Source: Calditrichia bacterium (GTDB lineage: Bacteria > Calditrichota > Calditrichia > RBG-13-44-9 > J075). From it: a stretch of 64,000 nt of DNA. The notes beneath the pieces are model-generated. The model saw only the letters and a program-made list of their open reading frames with translations. It did not search any database and had not been told where the DNA came from. Of this stretch, positions 39,678 through 49,723 are shown one piece after another. The DNA lies in assembly GCA_050633245.1 (NCBI GenBank), contig JBOEGD010000009.1, positions 1 through 64,000 of the forward strand. Direction: 5' to 3'. Both the position numbers and the translations under genes were made by a program. Positions within the stretch are counted from its first letter, which is position 1. Each line of letters starts with the position of its first letter.

Positions 39678-40040
39678 CTAAATATAAAATGCATCCTCAT
39701 AATGGCGTACGGCATATCCTGCGCCTTTGCTATCCACAACAACAACGTCCATCCGAAAGCTCTCTTCACTCCCCTTCCACGTTTCTATGAAAGCCTGAGC
39801 CAATCGATAAAGCTGTCTTTGCTTACGCGGAGTTACGCGTTCTTCCGGTCTTCCCATTTTGCTACTGCGTCCTGCCTTTACCTCTACAAAAATGAGTGTG
39901 TTGTCTTTGCTGACAATCAGATCAAGTTCGCCCCGTCCAATTTTGTAGTTGCGATAGCGAATGGAATAGCCTTTTTCGATAAGATATTCGGCTGCAATAG
40001 ATTCCCCCCAGGAACCGACCTGTTTATTGTGATCTGCCAT
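39678..40040 (-). CDS. yraN: YraN (UPF0102) family putative endonuclease
   Basis: GSWGESIAAEYL, RNY..GRGELDLI, FVEVK, RMDVV. Confidence 0.9.
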   Translation of the reverse strand: MADHNKQVGSWGESIAAEYLIEKGYSIRYRNYKIGRGELDLIVSKDNTLIFVEVKAGRSSKMGRPEERVTPRKQRQLYRLAQAFIETWKGSEESFRMDVVVVDSKGAGYAVRHYEDAFYI

Positions 40041-40092
40041 GTTTTCTCCATTGTATGAAATTACTGCGGGGGAAGAAATAAAAACGGGAGGA

Positions 40093-40125
40093 ACCGCCTG
40101 TTTACGCTATAACTTGAACAGGCGG
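40093..40125. terminator. Hairpin between the DUF2059-like gene and yraN
   Basis: ccgcctgtt...aacaggcgg inverted repeat. Confidence 0.4.
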
Positions 40126-40143
40126 ATAGGAACAGGAGCGTGG

Positions 40144-41046
40144 CTACCTCTTTTGAGCGGCACTCAATTCTTTGTAAACATTACCAAATGTCTCTCTGGC
40201 CAAGGCATGACTCGCGTTAATTTCAGTCTTCAGGAACCACGTTCCGGCATCCCCTTTGTAGAATTCAATCATTTTATCAATCTCGGCGTCGGTGGCATCT
40301 TTATACATAAATCCAGCGACTGCGGGTAAAACCGCGGCCATCTGCGCTCCCATCAGTTGCCTTACCTCATCAGTGGCGGCCAGAATGTCTGCATCACTCA
40401 TTTTACTCTCAGCGGGCAACGCTGCATTCAATGCCTTTAGTGAGGACTCCTGAATGACGCTTACAAAATCGGTTGCAACACTAGACAACCCCAGTTCTTG
40501 AAAATAGCTGTTCACCTTTTCAATGCGTTCCGGGTTTGGTGCGCCAGTTTGCATTACCTCCATATATTGCATTAATGGTGCTTCGCCTTCAGGAGAGTTT
40601 ACAAATCGTTCCATTTCACTTAATCGCTTTCCGACAGGACTCTCAAGCCAGACGATGGTTGCCGCCAGATGCTCGGCACTGTAGTTTTTAGAGAAATGCT
40701 TTTTATACGTTGAGGTAAGCGCCTCGGGGGTTATTACTTTTTCAATCACGCTATTTACAAGCGTAATTTGTTGCTCTCCCAGCTTATCTGCCATTGCGGT
40801 AAGGTTACTAGTCATTTGCGCCTGCATATCATTGCCGATACCGGCAATCTCTACATCTACTTTGTCCAGAATATAATACTTTTCCAGCATAGCCGTTTGT
40901 GAAGCCGCAATCGGTGCAGGTGTTCGCTTGGTAGCTTCATTCACAATCTTCTTCTTACCGTCTTCAGCAGAGTTCATAGTCTCTTGTTTTGTTGCCCCAC
41001 AGCCAAGAAGCAGTAATAAGGCAATAAAAAATGGGAACAGTCTCAT
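40144..41046 (-). CDS. Lipoprotein, DUF2059-like
   Basis: Lipobox LLLGC; two repeats WLESPVGKR and TDAEIDKMIEFYKGDAG. Confidence 0.65.
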   Translation of the reverse strand: MRLFPFFIALLLLLGCGATKQETMNSAEDGKKKIVNEATKRTPAPIAASQTAMLEKYYILDKVDVEIAGIGNDMQAQMTSNLTAMADKLGEQQITLVNSVIEKVITPEALTSTYKKHFSKNYSAEHLAATIVWLESPVGKRLSEMERFVNSPEGEAPLMQYMEVMQTGAPNPERIEKVNSYFQELGLSSVATDFVSVIQESSLKALNAALPAESKMSDADILAATDEVRQLMGAQMAAVLPAVAGFMYKDATDAEIDKMIEFYKGDAGTWFLKTEINASHALARETFGNVYKELSAAQKR

Positions 41047-41202
41047 CGTCTTCCTCCTCAGGAATCTCGATTATTTGCAGATTACAACACGCCGGTGGCG
41101 AGCAATGTTGGCTTCAATATATATTAGAATGGAATGACAGAATTTGGAATTGTGGTGATCGGTCAATTTTTCTCTTGCACCTTTGTAAATCAACCAAAAT
41201 TT

Positions 41203-41227
41203 TCACAACTCACAACTCACAACTCAC
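41203..41227. repeat. Heptamer tandem repeat (TCACAAC)x3.5 overlapping the folD stop codon
   Basis: tcacaac tcacaac tcacaac tcac; on the minus strand a GTTGTGA unit supplies the TGA stop. Confidence 0.8.
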
Positions 41228-42098
41228 GGGATTGCTTAAACGCCTTCAGGGTATTCTTTAGCAGCATGGCAATCGTCATCGGACCTACACCGCCCGGAAC
41301 CGGTGTTATGTAGCTGGCAACCTCTGCCGCCTCTTCATAGGCGACATCGCCCACCACACGATAGCCTTTTTCATTGTCCGCCTCAACGCGATTAATGCCG
41401 ACGTCGACGATAACCACGCCTTCTTTTAGCATGTCTTTGGTAATAAACTGCGCGCGTCCAACAGCAGCGACCAAAATATCGGCCTGCCTCACGTAAGGTG
41501 TAATATCTTTTGCCGCAGAGTGAACAATGGTAACCAGCGAGTTACCGGTTTCATTCTTTTGCACCATCATGTTGGCAATAGGTTTACCAACAATGTTACT
41601 CCGACCGATCACCACAACGTGCTTGCCTTTAGTCTCAACCTTGTAACGCTTTAGCAACTCAACGATTCCGGCGGGGGTTGCCGGAAAGAAAGTGGATAGA
41701 CCAATCATCATGCGGCCGACATTATATGGATGAAATCCATCGACATCTTTATCCGGTGAGATGGCTTCAATAACCTTCTGCTCGTCAATATGTTTAGGCA
41801 GCGGTAGCTGTACCAATATACCATGAATTTTAGGGTCGTTGTTCAGCTCCTCAATTTCAGCGAGCAGTTGCTCTTCGCTAATATCTGAAGGTCGCTTACG
41901 AGTGTCTGAGAAAATCCCCGCCTTTGCACAAGCTTTCCCCTTGCTGCGCACATAGATTGAAGAAGCAGGATCTTCTCCAACTAAAATAACAGCCAAGCCG
42001 GGGCGACTTTCTTTAGTTGACACGGCTTCTACTTCCAGCCGCACCTCTTCACGAACTTCAAGTGCTGTTGCTTTACCATCAATGCGAATTGCCGTCAT
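41217..42098 (-). CDS. folD: Bifunctional methylenetetrahydrofolate dehydrogenase/cyclohydrolase
   Basis: PGLAVILVGEDPASSIYV, HGILVQLPLP, KDVDGFHP, GRSNIVGKP, TPVPGGVGPMTI. Confidence 0.96.
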   Translation of the reverse strand: MTAIRIDGKATALEVREEVRLEVEAVSTKESRPGLAVILVGEDPASSIYVRSKGKACAKAGIFSDTRKRPSDISEEQLLAEIEELNNDPKIHGILVQLPLPKHIDEQKVIEAISPDKDVDGFHPYNVGRMMIGLSTFFPATPAGIVELLKRYKVETKGKHVVVIGRSNIVGKPIANMMVQKNETGNSLVTIVHSAAKDITPYVRQADILVAAVGRAQFITKDMLKEGVVIVDVGINRVEADNEKGYRVVGDVAYEEAAEVASYITPVPGGVGPMTIAMLLKNTLKAFKQSREL

Positions 42099-42888
42099 TT
42101 TCCCAATCTTTCCGATTAAAATTGACCGTATAAATTTTTTGAGCCTTGCCTGTCAGTTCATTTACCTCTACAACGGCACCGTTTAGCTGCTGTAAACCAT
42201 GCGCCATTTTGTAGTAGACATGAGACTGCATAATGAAGCGTTCGATTGCTTTATCGGTTTCCATGCCGATTACAGAATCCTGTGGACCGGTCATACCGGC
42301 ATCTGTTAAATAAGCCGTTCCACCGCTTAATATCTGCGGATCATTGGTTTGCACATGCGTATGCGTTCCGATAACTGCCGTTGCTTTTCCGGCCAAATGG
42401 TATCCCATCGCCTGCTTTTCGGCAGTCGCTTCAGCATGGAAATCTACAAATACAATGGGGGTTTCTTTAAGAAGTCGCTCAACTTCTTTTTTGCCCAGCG
42501 TAAACGGACACTCAATTGGCGACATGAAGCTTTTACCCTGTAGATTGACAACGCCTACTTTTACGCGAGAATTCATCTGAAATACGGTAGAACCCGCGCC
42601 GGCGTTACCGGCAGGATAATTTAGGGGTCGGATAAGATAGCCACGAAACTCTTCCAGAATATGGCGTTTCCGCGGTTCCCAGATATGATTCCCAGAGGTG
42701 ATGCAGGCAACTCCGGCCTGCTTCAGCTGCTTAAGTTGAACAGCGGTAATCCCCTTGCCTTTATCGGCATTTTCACCATTTACAATGGTACAGTCGATAG
42801 CATGTTGTGCCACCAGACCGGGTAAAACCTCCACTACCAAATCAACAGCCGCCTGCCCAACCAGATCGGCTACAAAAAGTATCCGCAT
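42079..42888 (-). CDS. ymdB: TIGR00282/YmdB metallophosphoesterase
   Basis: NGEN, TSGNHIW, RPLNYP, DFHAEATAEK, GTHTHVQT, TDAGMTGP; adjacent to rny. Confidence 0.92.
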   Translation of the reverse strand: MRILFVADLVGQAAVDLVVEVLPGLVAQHAIDCTIVNGENADKGKGITAVQLKQLKQAGVACITSGNHIWEPRKRHILEEFRGYLIRPLNYPAGNAGAGSTVFQMNSRVKVGVVNLQGKSFMSPIECPFTLGKKEVERLLKETPIVFVDFHAEATAEKQAMGYHLAGKATAVIGTHTHVQTNDPQILSGGTAYLTDAGMTGPQDSVIGMETDKAIERFIMQSHVYYKMAHGLQQLNGAVVEVNELTGKAQKIYTVNFNRKDWENDGNSH

Positions 42889-42918
42889 GATACTCCCAGT
42901 TCTTTAATACAAACGAGG

Positions 42919-44499
42919 TTAGGTTGCCACGTCATGAGCGCGATACTCGCGAATAACGGAAACCTTTATCTGCCCGGGAAACTCAATGTTCATCTGAATT
43001 TCCTTGGCGATATCTCTGGCAAGCGAGCGAGCCTTATTGTCATCGATTTTACCTGTTTCAACGATTGCCCGCACTTCTCTACCAGCTTGAATAGCATATG
43101 ATTCTTCGACGCCGTCGAAGTTTTTGCAAATATTTTCCAGTTCTGACATCCGCTTGATAAACGTGTCGAGAGATTCTCTTCGTGCTCCGGGGCGCTGACC
43201 GGAAACCATGTTCGCAATGGTAACCAGCGTGGTAATTGGTGATATCGCCTCAACACCGTCATGATGTCCTTCAGCCGCATTCACCACAACTTTATGTTCG
43301 TTATGCTTGCGCAGCAACTCGGCACCCAGCTGGGTGTGGCTAGCTTCAGTAAAATTGTCTACTGCCTTGCCGATATCATGAAACAGGGCAGCGCGTTTGG
43401 AAAGCTTCACATCGAGCCCGAGTTCAGCAGCCATGATGCCGCACAAGCTGGCGGTTTCAATAGAGTGGTCCAGCACATTTTGTCCAAAAGAGGTGCGATA
43501 ACGCAACTTACCCAAAAGACCGGCTAATTCACCGGAAACGCCGTGAATTCCGGCGTCGAGCAGTGCCTGATCACCAAGTTCGCGTAGCGATTCACGCATT
43601 TCGTCTGTCGTTTTGTCTACGACTTCTTCAATACGGGATGGATGAATTCGGCCATCAGAGATAAGCTTATCGAGGGAGCGTTTGGCAATTTCACGCCGAT
43701 AGGAATTATAGGATGACAGCACGACAATTTCCGGTGTATCGTCAATAATTACGTCTACGCCAGTTGTCAGCTCAAACGAGCGAATGTTTCGTCCTTCACG
43801 GCCAATGATTCGGCCTTTCATGTCATCTGAAGGCAGTTCAACAATAGATACCGTAGCTTCAACAGATTGCTTGGAAGCAATTTGCTGAATTGCCTGAACC
43901 AGGATTTGTCTTGCCTTGCGTTCGGCTTCCAGCGTGCTTTGTTCTACAATCTGACTGGCTATTCGTCGTCCCTCTTCATGAGCTTCTTCTTCAAGGTCGG
44001 CCAGCAGCACGCGTTTCGCTTCATCTTTGCTAAATCCGGAAATCTCTTCAAGTTTAAGATGCTGACTGGCAATTTTTTCACGCAGCTCAACGCCTTTGAG
44101 TTCGACGTCCGCCTTTTCGCTACGAAGACTGTCTTCCAGACGCAATAACTCTTTTTCCTTCCGCTCAAGACGTTCAGCTTTTTGCTCAACATCTACCTCT
44201 CTGAGGTCGAGAGTTTTTTGAATTTCCTGTAGTTCAATTTGTTGATCTTCTAATTCAAGTTCAAGTTTCTGTTTCTGTTCAAAAATTTCTTCCTGCGCTT
44301 CTATCAGGCGTTCCTTTTTAAAGGCTTCACCTTCTTTTTGTGCATCGGCAAGAAGACGGTCTACTTCTACCTTGGCATTAGCAATAGTTTGTGAAGATGT
44401 CGTTTTGAGATATATAAAAACGATGGCGCCACCGACTACAATGCCAATGAGCAATGCAACTACCCATCCTAGCATACTAACCTCAACTGTTTCTGGCAC
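42919..44499 (-). CDS. rny: Ribonuclease Y
   Basis: N-terminal TM helix, coiled coil, KH domain (KGRIIGREGRNIR), HD domain (RTSFGQNVLDHS, HDIGKA), RPGARRES, YAIQAGREVR. Confidence 0.95.
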   Translation of the reverse strand: MPETVEVSMLGWVVALLIGIVVGGAIVFIYLKTTSSQTIANAKVEVDRLLADAQKEGEAFKKERLIEAQEEIFEQKQKLELELEDQQIELQEIQKTLDLREVDVEQKAERLERKEKELLRLEDSLRSEKADVELKGVELREKIASQHLKLEEISGFSKDEAKRVLLADLEEEAHEEGRRIASQIVEQSTLEAERKARQILVQAIQQIASKQSVEATVSIVELPSDDMKGRIIGREGRNIRSFELTTGVDVIIDDTPEIVVLSSYNSYRREIAKRSLDKLISDGRIHPSRIEEVVDKTTDEMRESLRELGDQALLDAGIHGVSGELAGLLGKLRYRTSFGQNVLDHSIETASLCGIMAAELGLDVKLSKRAALFHDIGKAVDNFTEASHTQLGAELLRKHNEHKVVVNAAEGHHDGVEAISPITTLVTIANMVSGQRPGARRESLDTFIKRMSELENICKNFDGVEESYAIQAGREVRAIVETGKIDDNKARSLARDIAKEIQMNIEFPGQIKVSVIREYRAHDVAT

Positions 44500-44637
44500 A
44501 TCGTGATTCGTTGTAATCGAATAACTTACGCTATTCGCTAAGTTAAAGTATCATACCAATCGCGTCGAAATGCAACGCTTTTCATGCATAATTTTAAAGG
44601 GAGACGAAGTAGAATAAACCTGAGGAGAGAATAAAAA

Positions 44638-44818
44638 GAAACCCTGCTGGCCGGGATGGCTTTGGAGAAGAACGCCAAATAAGCACAGTGGGAATCTGCT
44701 CAAACGGATCATGCTTCCTTCTACCTAAATGAAGGCCTGCAATAGACGCCTAAAGTCAAACTCCCTATCTATTGTCGTTGGTTCTTCCCAAAGTAACATG
44801 CCGAACCGACAGGGGTTC
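44638..44818 (-). ncRNA. ssrS: 6S RNA
   Basis: About 180-nt long irregular hairpin (gaacccctg.../...cagggtttc; ttgggaagaac/gttcttctccaa) in the conserved position between zapA and rny. Confidence 0.85.
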
Positions 44819-44819
44819 A

Positions 44820-45146
44820 CTATTGAGAGAATCGTTTAAGCTGTGCGTCAATACGTTCGTTTAACTCACTGCTTTCCGATTCAATACTTTCCAATTTGCT
44901 ACGAAGCGTGTTGCTTTGCTTCTTTAAACGAAAAAATTCATCTGCAATGTTTAAGGCTACCAAAACCGCAATTTTCGTCTGCGATTTAACGCTGGTATTT
45001 TCAGAAAACTTCTCGATCTTTTCTTCGACATAACGTGCCAAGGCATGAACATATTCTGAATCTTTATCGGACTTCAGAGAATATTCTACCCCGGAAATTT
45101 CAACTTTTACCGCATGTTTATCAACATCACTCATCATTGCGTCCAT
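44820..45146 (-). CDS. zapA: Cell division protein ZapA
   Basis: VKVEISGVEYSL, YVHALARYVEEKI, IAVLVALNIADE; start uncertain (45146/45137/45134). Confidence 0.9.
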   Translation of the reverse strand: MDAMMSDVDKHAVKVEISGVEYSLKSDKDSEYVHALARYVEEKIEKFSENTSVKSQTKIAVLVALNIADEFFRLKKQSNTLRSKLESIESESSELNERIDAQLKRFSQ

Positions 45147-45171
45147 ACATTGCAGGAATTGAAAGGCTCTC

Positions 45172-45447
45172 TTAGACTTCAAGTTTCTCTAGTTTGACAG
45201 ACAAACGTTCTACTTTATTCTTTATGAGTCTCTCTCTCTCCTTTAGAGTTTTATTCTCCTTCCGGATCTTCCGGAGGTCGTTCTCCAGTTCGGCGATGCG
45301 TTCGAGATATTTCTTCTCGGCAAGGCCGTCCTCATAACCACTCAACTTCTCGCGAAGCGTGCTATTTATATTTGATATTCTGGAAACCTGTTCCAGTAAT
45401 TTCGCAATTTTTTCGGTCAATATCGAAAAAGATGATCCCGAATTCAT
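45172..45447 (-). CDS. Short coiled-coil protein, ZapB-like
   Basis: Entirely heptad coiled coil; conserved position between pheT and zapA. Confidence 0.6.
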   Translation of the reverse strand: MNSGSSFSILTEKIAKLLEQVSRISNINSTLREKLSGYEDGLAEKKYLERIAELENDLRKIRKENKTLKERERLIKNKVERLSVKLEKLEV

Positions 45448-45456
45448 ACCCACTCA

Positions 45457-47835
45457 CTAAGACCGTAAGGTTGCACCGAATGCGTTTTCCAGCTTTTTAA
45501 GGATCTTATTGGTCACCTTGGAGACCTCCTCTTCCGTGAGAGTCTTGTCCGGAGACTGAAAGATCAAGCGGAAAGCGACACTTTTTTTCTTGTCGTCAAC
45601 TTGCTTGCCAATATACTGATCGAAGGGAGTAATTTGCTGCAGAAATTTACCACCATTTTGGCGAATAACCTGCTCAATCTCTCCGGCTTCCAGACTGCGA
45701 TCTACGACCAGCGCAAAGTCTCGCTCTACAAAGGGGTATCGCGGAATAGTACGATAGCGAATATCTTTTCTGGCATTGCTGAACAACGTTTTAACCTGAA
45801 GCTCAGCAACAAAAACCGGAAAGTCTAAGTCAAAGTTTTTACTCAGCTTAGCGGAAACTTTTCCGTAATAACCAATCTCCTGCTTGCCAAGTGTGGCCTT
45901 GACAGACTGTCCCTCGACAGCGAAATTAGCATACGCAATAATAGCCGAATTGTCAAGGAGTATTTTGTCTGTCAACAGTTCCACAAGCCCCTTAATGTCA
46001 TAAAAATCATAGGGTTCATCCGCTCCATGCCAGGTGCTGCTTCGACGCATGCCTGATAGCGCAATACCAATGCGCAAAACCTGTTCAGGACGTTCCTTTA
46101 GATTTCCCGGATGATGAAACGTATTATTGATCTCAAACAATGCAAGATCACGCCTTTGCCGATTGGCATTAAAGCGCACCACTTCCAGCAAACTCGGGAT
46201 CAGGCTGGTACGCATCCCATCCATATCCGAGCTAATTGGGTTCATGATAGGATAAATCTCTTCATTCGTAAGTTTCTGCCACTGCTTAATGTTAATCATA
46301 CTATTGGTGATCGTTTCCTGACATCCCGCGCCCACCAGCAGATCGCGCAGATAATCCAGGAAATCGTCTTCCGGAAGAAAGTTATTGCGATACGGCAATG
46401 CCGTTAGTTCGCGCACCGGAATATTGTCGTAACCGAACAGACGACCAACCTCTTCAGCAAGATCGGCCGTAACAGAAATATCAGGACGAAATGACGGGAT
46501 AATCGCATTGCCTTTTTGTACATCAATATCGATGGGTTTCAGCAGCTTTTGCATGGCCTCAGCACTTAGGTCTGTTCCCAACAGCTTGTTTATCTGAGCA
46601 ACATCAAGCGGAATTGACTGCTTGCTTATTTCATTCGGATACACATCCATAAGCTCGGAGAGGACTTCCCCACCAGCATATTCGGCAAGTAGTTCGGTAG
46701 CGCGTTCCAAAGCGCGAACCACTCCATTGGGATCTGTTCCACGCGAGAAACGCTGTGCAGCCTCGGAAATAATTCCCATTTTACGGGCGCTGCTTTGTAC
46801 ATTCTCAGCCTTAAAGTATGCGCTTTCCAATAATACCGTAGTGGTGCTGTCGCTTACCTCTGAATTGAGTCCACCCATAATTCCACCGATTGCAACTGAC
46901 TTCTCCGCATCGCAAATCATAACCGTATTTTCCGGTAGCGTATGTTTTTTGTTATCGAGCGTTTCGAAGGTTTCTCCTTCTTTCGACTCGCGTACAATAA
47001 TTTTGCCGCCGGCCAATGTATCGAAGTCGAAAGCGTGTAGCGGCTGTCCGGTTTCCAGCATGACGTAGTTGGTAATATCCACTACGTTGTTTACCGGTCG
47101 CATTCCGGCTGCTTCAAGGCGTCGTTGCATCCATTCCGGGGAATTGCCGATTTTAATATCGCGTATTAGCCGTGCTGCGTAGCGTGGGCAACCTTCGGGA
47201 GTATCAATTTTAATCGAGGCGTGCTGCGAGCTTTTGTCGGAGTGCTCTGCCACACTCGGTGAGGCAATTTTTAGCTCTTTGCCAACTACAGCAGCAACTT
47301 CACGAGCGATACCAATATGAGACATGGCATCCGGGCGATCCGGCGTAATGCTGATGTCTAACACATAGTCGTTTTCGAACCCCAGTGCTAAGCCCAAACC
47401 GCTACCGACAGACAACGTATCGGGAAGCTCCCAAATACCATCTGCTTCATCGGAAATATTGAGTTCCGACTCAGAACAGATCATTCCCTCGGAAACCACA
47501 CCGCGGATTTTTGATTTACGGATCTTAAAATCGCCGGGAAGCACAGTACCAACAGTTGCAACGGCAACGGTTAGTCCGGCGGCAACATTCGGAGCGCCAC
47601 ATACAATGTTCAGTGGTTCACCTGAGCCAACATCCACACTACAATATGACAGGCGGTCTGCATCAGGGTGTTTTTCCCTGGTCAACACCTTACCAATAAC
47701 AACGCCATCAATATCCAGCGAACGCTTATCCACAGCATCTACTTCAAATCCCAACATGGACAGCTTATCTGCCAGAACCTGGGGATCGAGGTCTATATCA
47801 ACAAAGTCTTTGAGCCAGTTATAAGAAATTTTCAT
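45457..47835 (-). CDS. pheT: Phenylalanine--tRNA ligase beta subunit
   Basis: MKISYNWLKDF, HPDADRL, IVCGAPNV, SEGMICS, VVDITNYVMLETGQPLHAFD, C-terminal FDX-ACB domain. Confidence 0.97.
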   Translation of the reverse strand: MKISYNWLKDFVDIDLDPQVLADKLSMLGFEVDAVDKRSLDIDGVVIGKVLTREKHPDADRLSYCSVDVGSGEPLNIVCGAPNVAAGLTVAVATVGTVLPGDFKIRKSKIRGVVSEGMICSESELNISDEADGIWELPDTLSVGSGLGLALGFENDYVLDISITPDRPDAMSHIGIAREVAAVVGKELKIASPSVAEHSDKSSQHASIKIDTPEGCPRYAARLIRDIKIGNSPEWMQRRLEAAGMRPVNNVVDITNYVMLETGQPLHAFDFDTLAGGKIIVRESKEGETFETLDNKKHTLPENTVMICDAEKSVAIGGIMGGLNSEVSDSTTTVLLESAYFKAENVQSSARKMGIISEAAQRFSRGTDPNGVVRALERATELLAEYAGGEVLSELMDVYPNEISKQSIPLDVAQINKLLGTDLSAEAMQKLLKPIDIDVQKGNAIIPSFRPDISVTADLAEEVGRLFGYDNIPVRELTALPYRNNFLPEDDFLDYLRDLLVGAGCQETITNSMINIKQWQKLTNEEIYPIMNPISSDMDGMRTSLIPSLLEVVRFNANRQRRDLALFEINNTFHHPGNLKERPEQVLRIGIALSGMRRSSTWHGADEPYDFYDIKGLVELLTDKILLDNSAIIAYANFAVEGQSVKATLGKQEIGYYGKVSAKLSKNFDLDFPVFVAELQVKTLFSNARKDIRYRTIPRYPFVERDFALVVDRSLEAGEIEQVIRQNGGKFLQQITPFDQYIGKQVDDKKKSVAFRLIFQSPDKTLTEEEVSKVTNKILKKLENAFGATLRS

Positions 47836-47871
47836 AATATCTATCTCTGAATTTCGATCAAATTGATAAAA

Positions 47872-48849
47872 TTAGAATTGTTCAAGAAAACGCATATCGT
47901 TTTCGAACAGCAGGCGAATGTCGTCAATGCCAAACTTTAGCACCGCAATGCGGTCGATACCCATTCCGAAAGCATAGCCGCTGTAGATTTCCGGGTCATA
48001 CTTCACGTTGCGCAACACATTGGGATGAACCATTCCGCAGCCCAGAATCTCCAGCCAGCGTCCCCCCTTAGCGCTGTCCCACCAGATATCTACCTCAGCA
48101 CTCGGCTCGGTAAAGGGAAAGAAGCTTGGACGGAAACGAAGCTTTGTCTTTGGGCCAAACATCTGGCGTGCGAACTCCAACAGCACTGCTTTCAAATCGC
48201 CCATGGAAAGGTTTTTGTCGATGCAAAGTCCTTCCACCTGATGAAAAAAGGCCGAATGGCTGGCATCGGGCGTATCACGACGATATACGCGTCCCGGAGC
48301 AATAATGCGAACCGGTGGGTCCTGCTTCAACATCGTTCGAATCTGCACCGGCGAAGTGTGCGTGCGCAGTACCAGCTCTTCTGAGATGTATAGCGTATCC
48401 TGCATATCGCGCGCCGGGTGATGCTTTGGAATATTCAGTGCTTCAAAGCAAAGATAATCCGTTTCCACATCAGGGCCTTCGGCTACGGCAAATCCCAACC
48501 GCGAGAAGATTTGTTTAATTTCATCACGCACTTGCGTCAGCGGATGTCGTTTTCCTGCAGACGGCTTTCTGCCGGGAAGTGTTACATCGATCCAGTCTTT
48601 TGCAACTGCCGGTCCGGATTTTTCTTTTTCCGAGGCTATAAACTCGGTCACCTCGGTTCTCAGCTCATTCAGCAGCTTGCCGATCAGCGGTCTTTCCGCA
48701 GCATCGAGCTTACCAAGTTGGCTGAACAGAGAGGTAACCAAGCCTTTTTTACCGAGGAAGCGAATACGCAGAGCTTCAAGTTCGTCTGCTCCGGAAACAT
48801 TTTTTTCCGCTGCAAAGGTTTCCCGAACCTCTTGAATCATATTTTTCAT
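47872..48849 (-). CDS. pheS: Phenylalanine--tRNA ligase alpha subunit
   Basis: HPARDMQDT, LRTHTSPVQ, FHQVEG, RFRPSFFPFTEPSAE, GCGMVHP, AFGMGIDR. Confidence 0.97.
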   Translation of the reverse strand: MKNMIQEVRETFAAEKNVSGADELEALRIRFLGKKGLVTSLFSQLGKLDAAERPLIGKLLNELRTEVTEFIASEKEKSGPAVAKDWIDVTLPGRKPSAGKRHPLTQVRDEIKQIFSRLGFAVAEGPDVETDYLCFEALNIPKHHPARDMQDTLYISEELVLRTHTSPVQIRTMLKQDPPVRIIAPGRVYRRDTPDASHSAFFHQVEGLCIDKNLSMGDLKAVLLEFARQMFGPKTKLRFRPSFFPFTEPSAEVDIWWDSAKGGRWLEILGCGMVHPNVLRNVKYDPEIYSGYAFGMGIDRIAVLKFGIDDIRLLFENDMRFLEQF

Positions 48850-48917
48850 AGCGCGAGAACTTTCTGTAAAGCGTTTTGATAAACAACTAATTAATCTGTG
48901 TATCTGACACGACCGGA

Positions 48918-48958
48918 TAAAAAAATAGGAATTGAATCACCGACTCAATTCCTATTTT
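48918..48958 (-). terminator. Intrinsic terminator after rplT
   Basis: 14-bp stem aaaataggaattga/tcaattcctatttt ending in a U-tract on the minus strand. Confidence 0.7.
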
Positions 48959-48979
48959 CAGATCGAACATGTTTTTTTA

Positions 48980-49327
48980 CTACGAGGCAACCTGCTCGAC
49001 GAGTGCTTTAAAGGCATTTGGCTCGTGCATCGCTAAATGCGCCAGTGCCTTGCGATTGAGCTCGACATTACTGTTCTTGAGCGCATTCATAAAGCGTGAG
49101 TAGGTTGTGCCGTGCATACGGCAAGCGGCATTGATACGCACAATCCACAGTCGGCGAAACAAGCGTTTCTTTTGACGGCGATCGCGATAGGCATAGCGCA
49201 GGCTTTTTTCAACCTGATCTTTCGCGGTGCGATACAGCTTTCCTCTTCCAAGGCGATAACCCTTGGCTAACTTAAGAATCTTTTTATGTCGTCGCTTCGC
49301 GGCGACATTGTTTTTTGCTCTTGGCAT
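48980..49327 (-). CDS. rplT: 50S ribosomal protein L20
   Basis: MPRAK...[40 protein letters not shown]. Confidence 0.98.
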   Translation of the reverse strand: MPRAKNNVAAKRRHKKILKLAKGYRLGRGKLYRTAKDQVEKSLRYAYRDRRQKKRLFRRLWIVRINAACRMHGTTYSRFMNALKNSNVELNRKALAHLAMHEPNAFKALVEQVAS

Positions 49328-49406
49328 AACTCAAATCTCCGAAATCAAATTTTATGTCATCTTATCACGACTCGAAAGTCATGTGTAATTTCAATTGTTC
49401 TGATGG

Positions 49407-49604
49407 TTAGGAAACCAGCAGCATATCCTTTACGCGCTGCGTATCTGAATCGTGCACGTATTTGTACTTACGAAGTTTGCGCTTGCGCTTCGAAGATTTC
49501 TTCGTCAGGATGTGACTCTTGAAATTACGTCGATGCTTCAACTTACCGGAGGCGGTTGTTTTAAAACGCTTTTTGGCTCCCCGGTTCGATTTCATCTTAG
49601 GCAT
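49407..49604 (-). CDS. rpmI: 50S ribosomal protein L35
   Basis: [21 protein letters not shown]...[14 protein letters not shown]. Confidence 0.98.
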   Translation of the reverse strand: MPKMKSNRGAKKRFKTTASGKLKHRRNFKSHILTKKSSKRKRKLRKYKYVHDSDTQRVKDMLLVS

Positions 49605-49723
49605 GTTACTGTACCTCTTTTTGTTTAAAACACCTGCCTGAATTGGCAGACATACTTATGTTTGACCTGATTGGTCATGAGATCCCCTTCTTTACTTAAG
49701 AAACCAGATCTACCAGCTAAATC

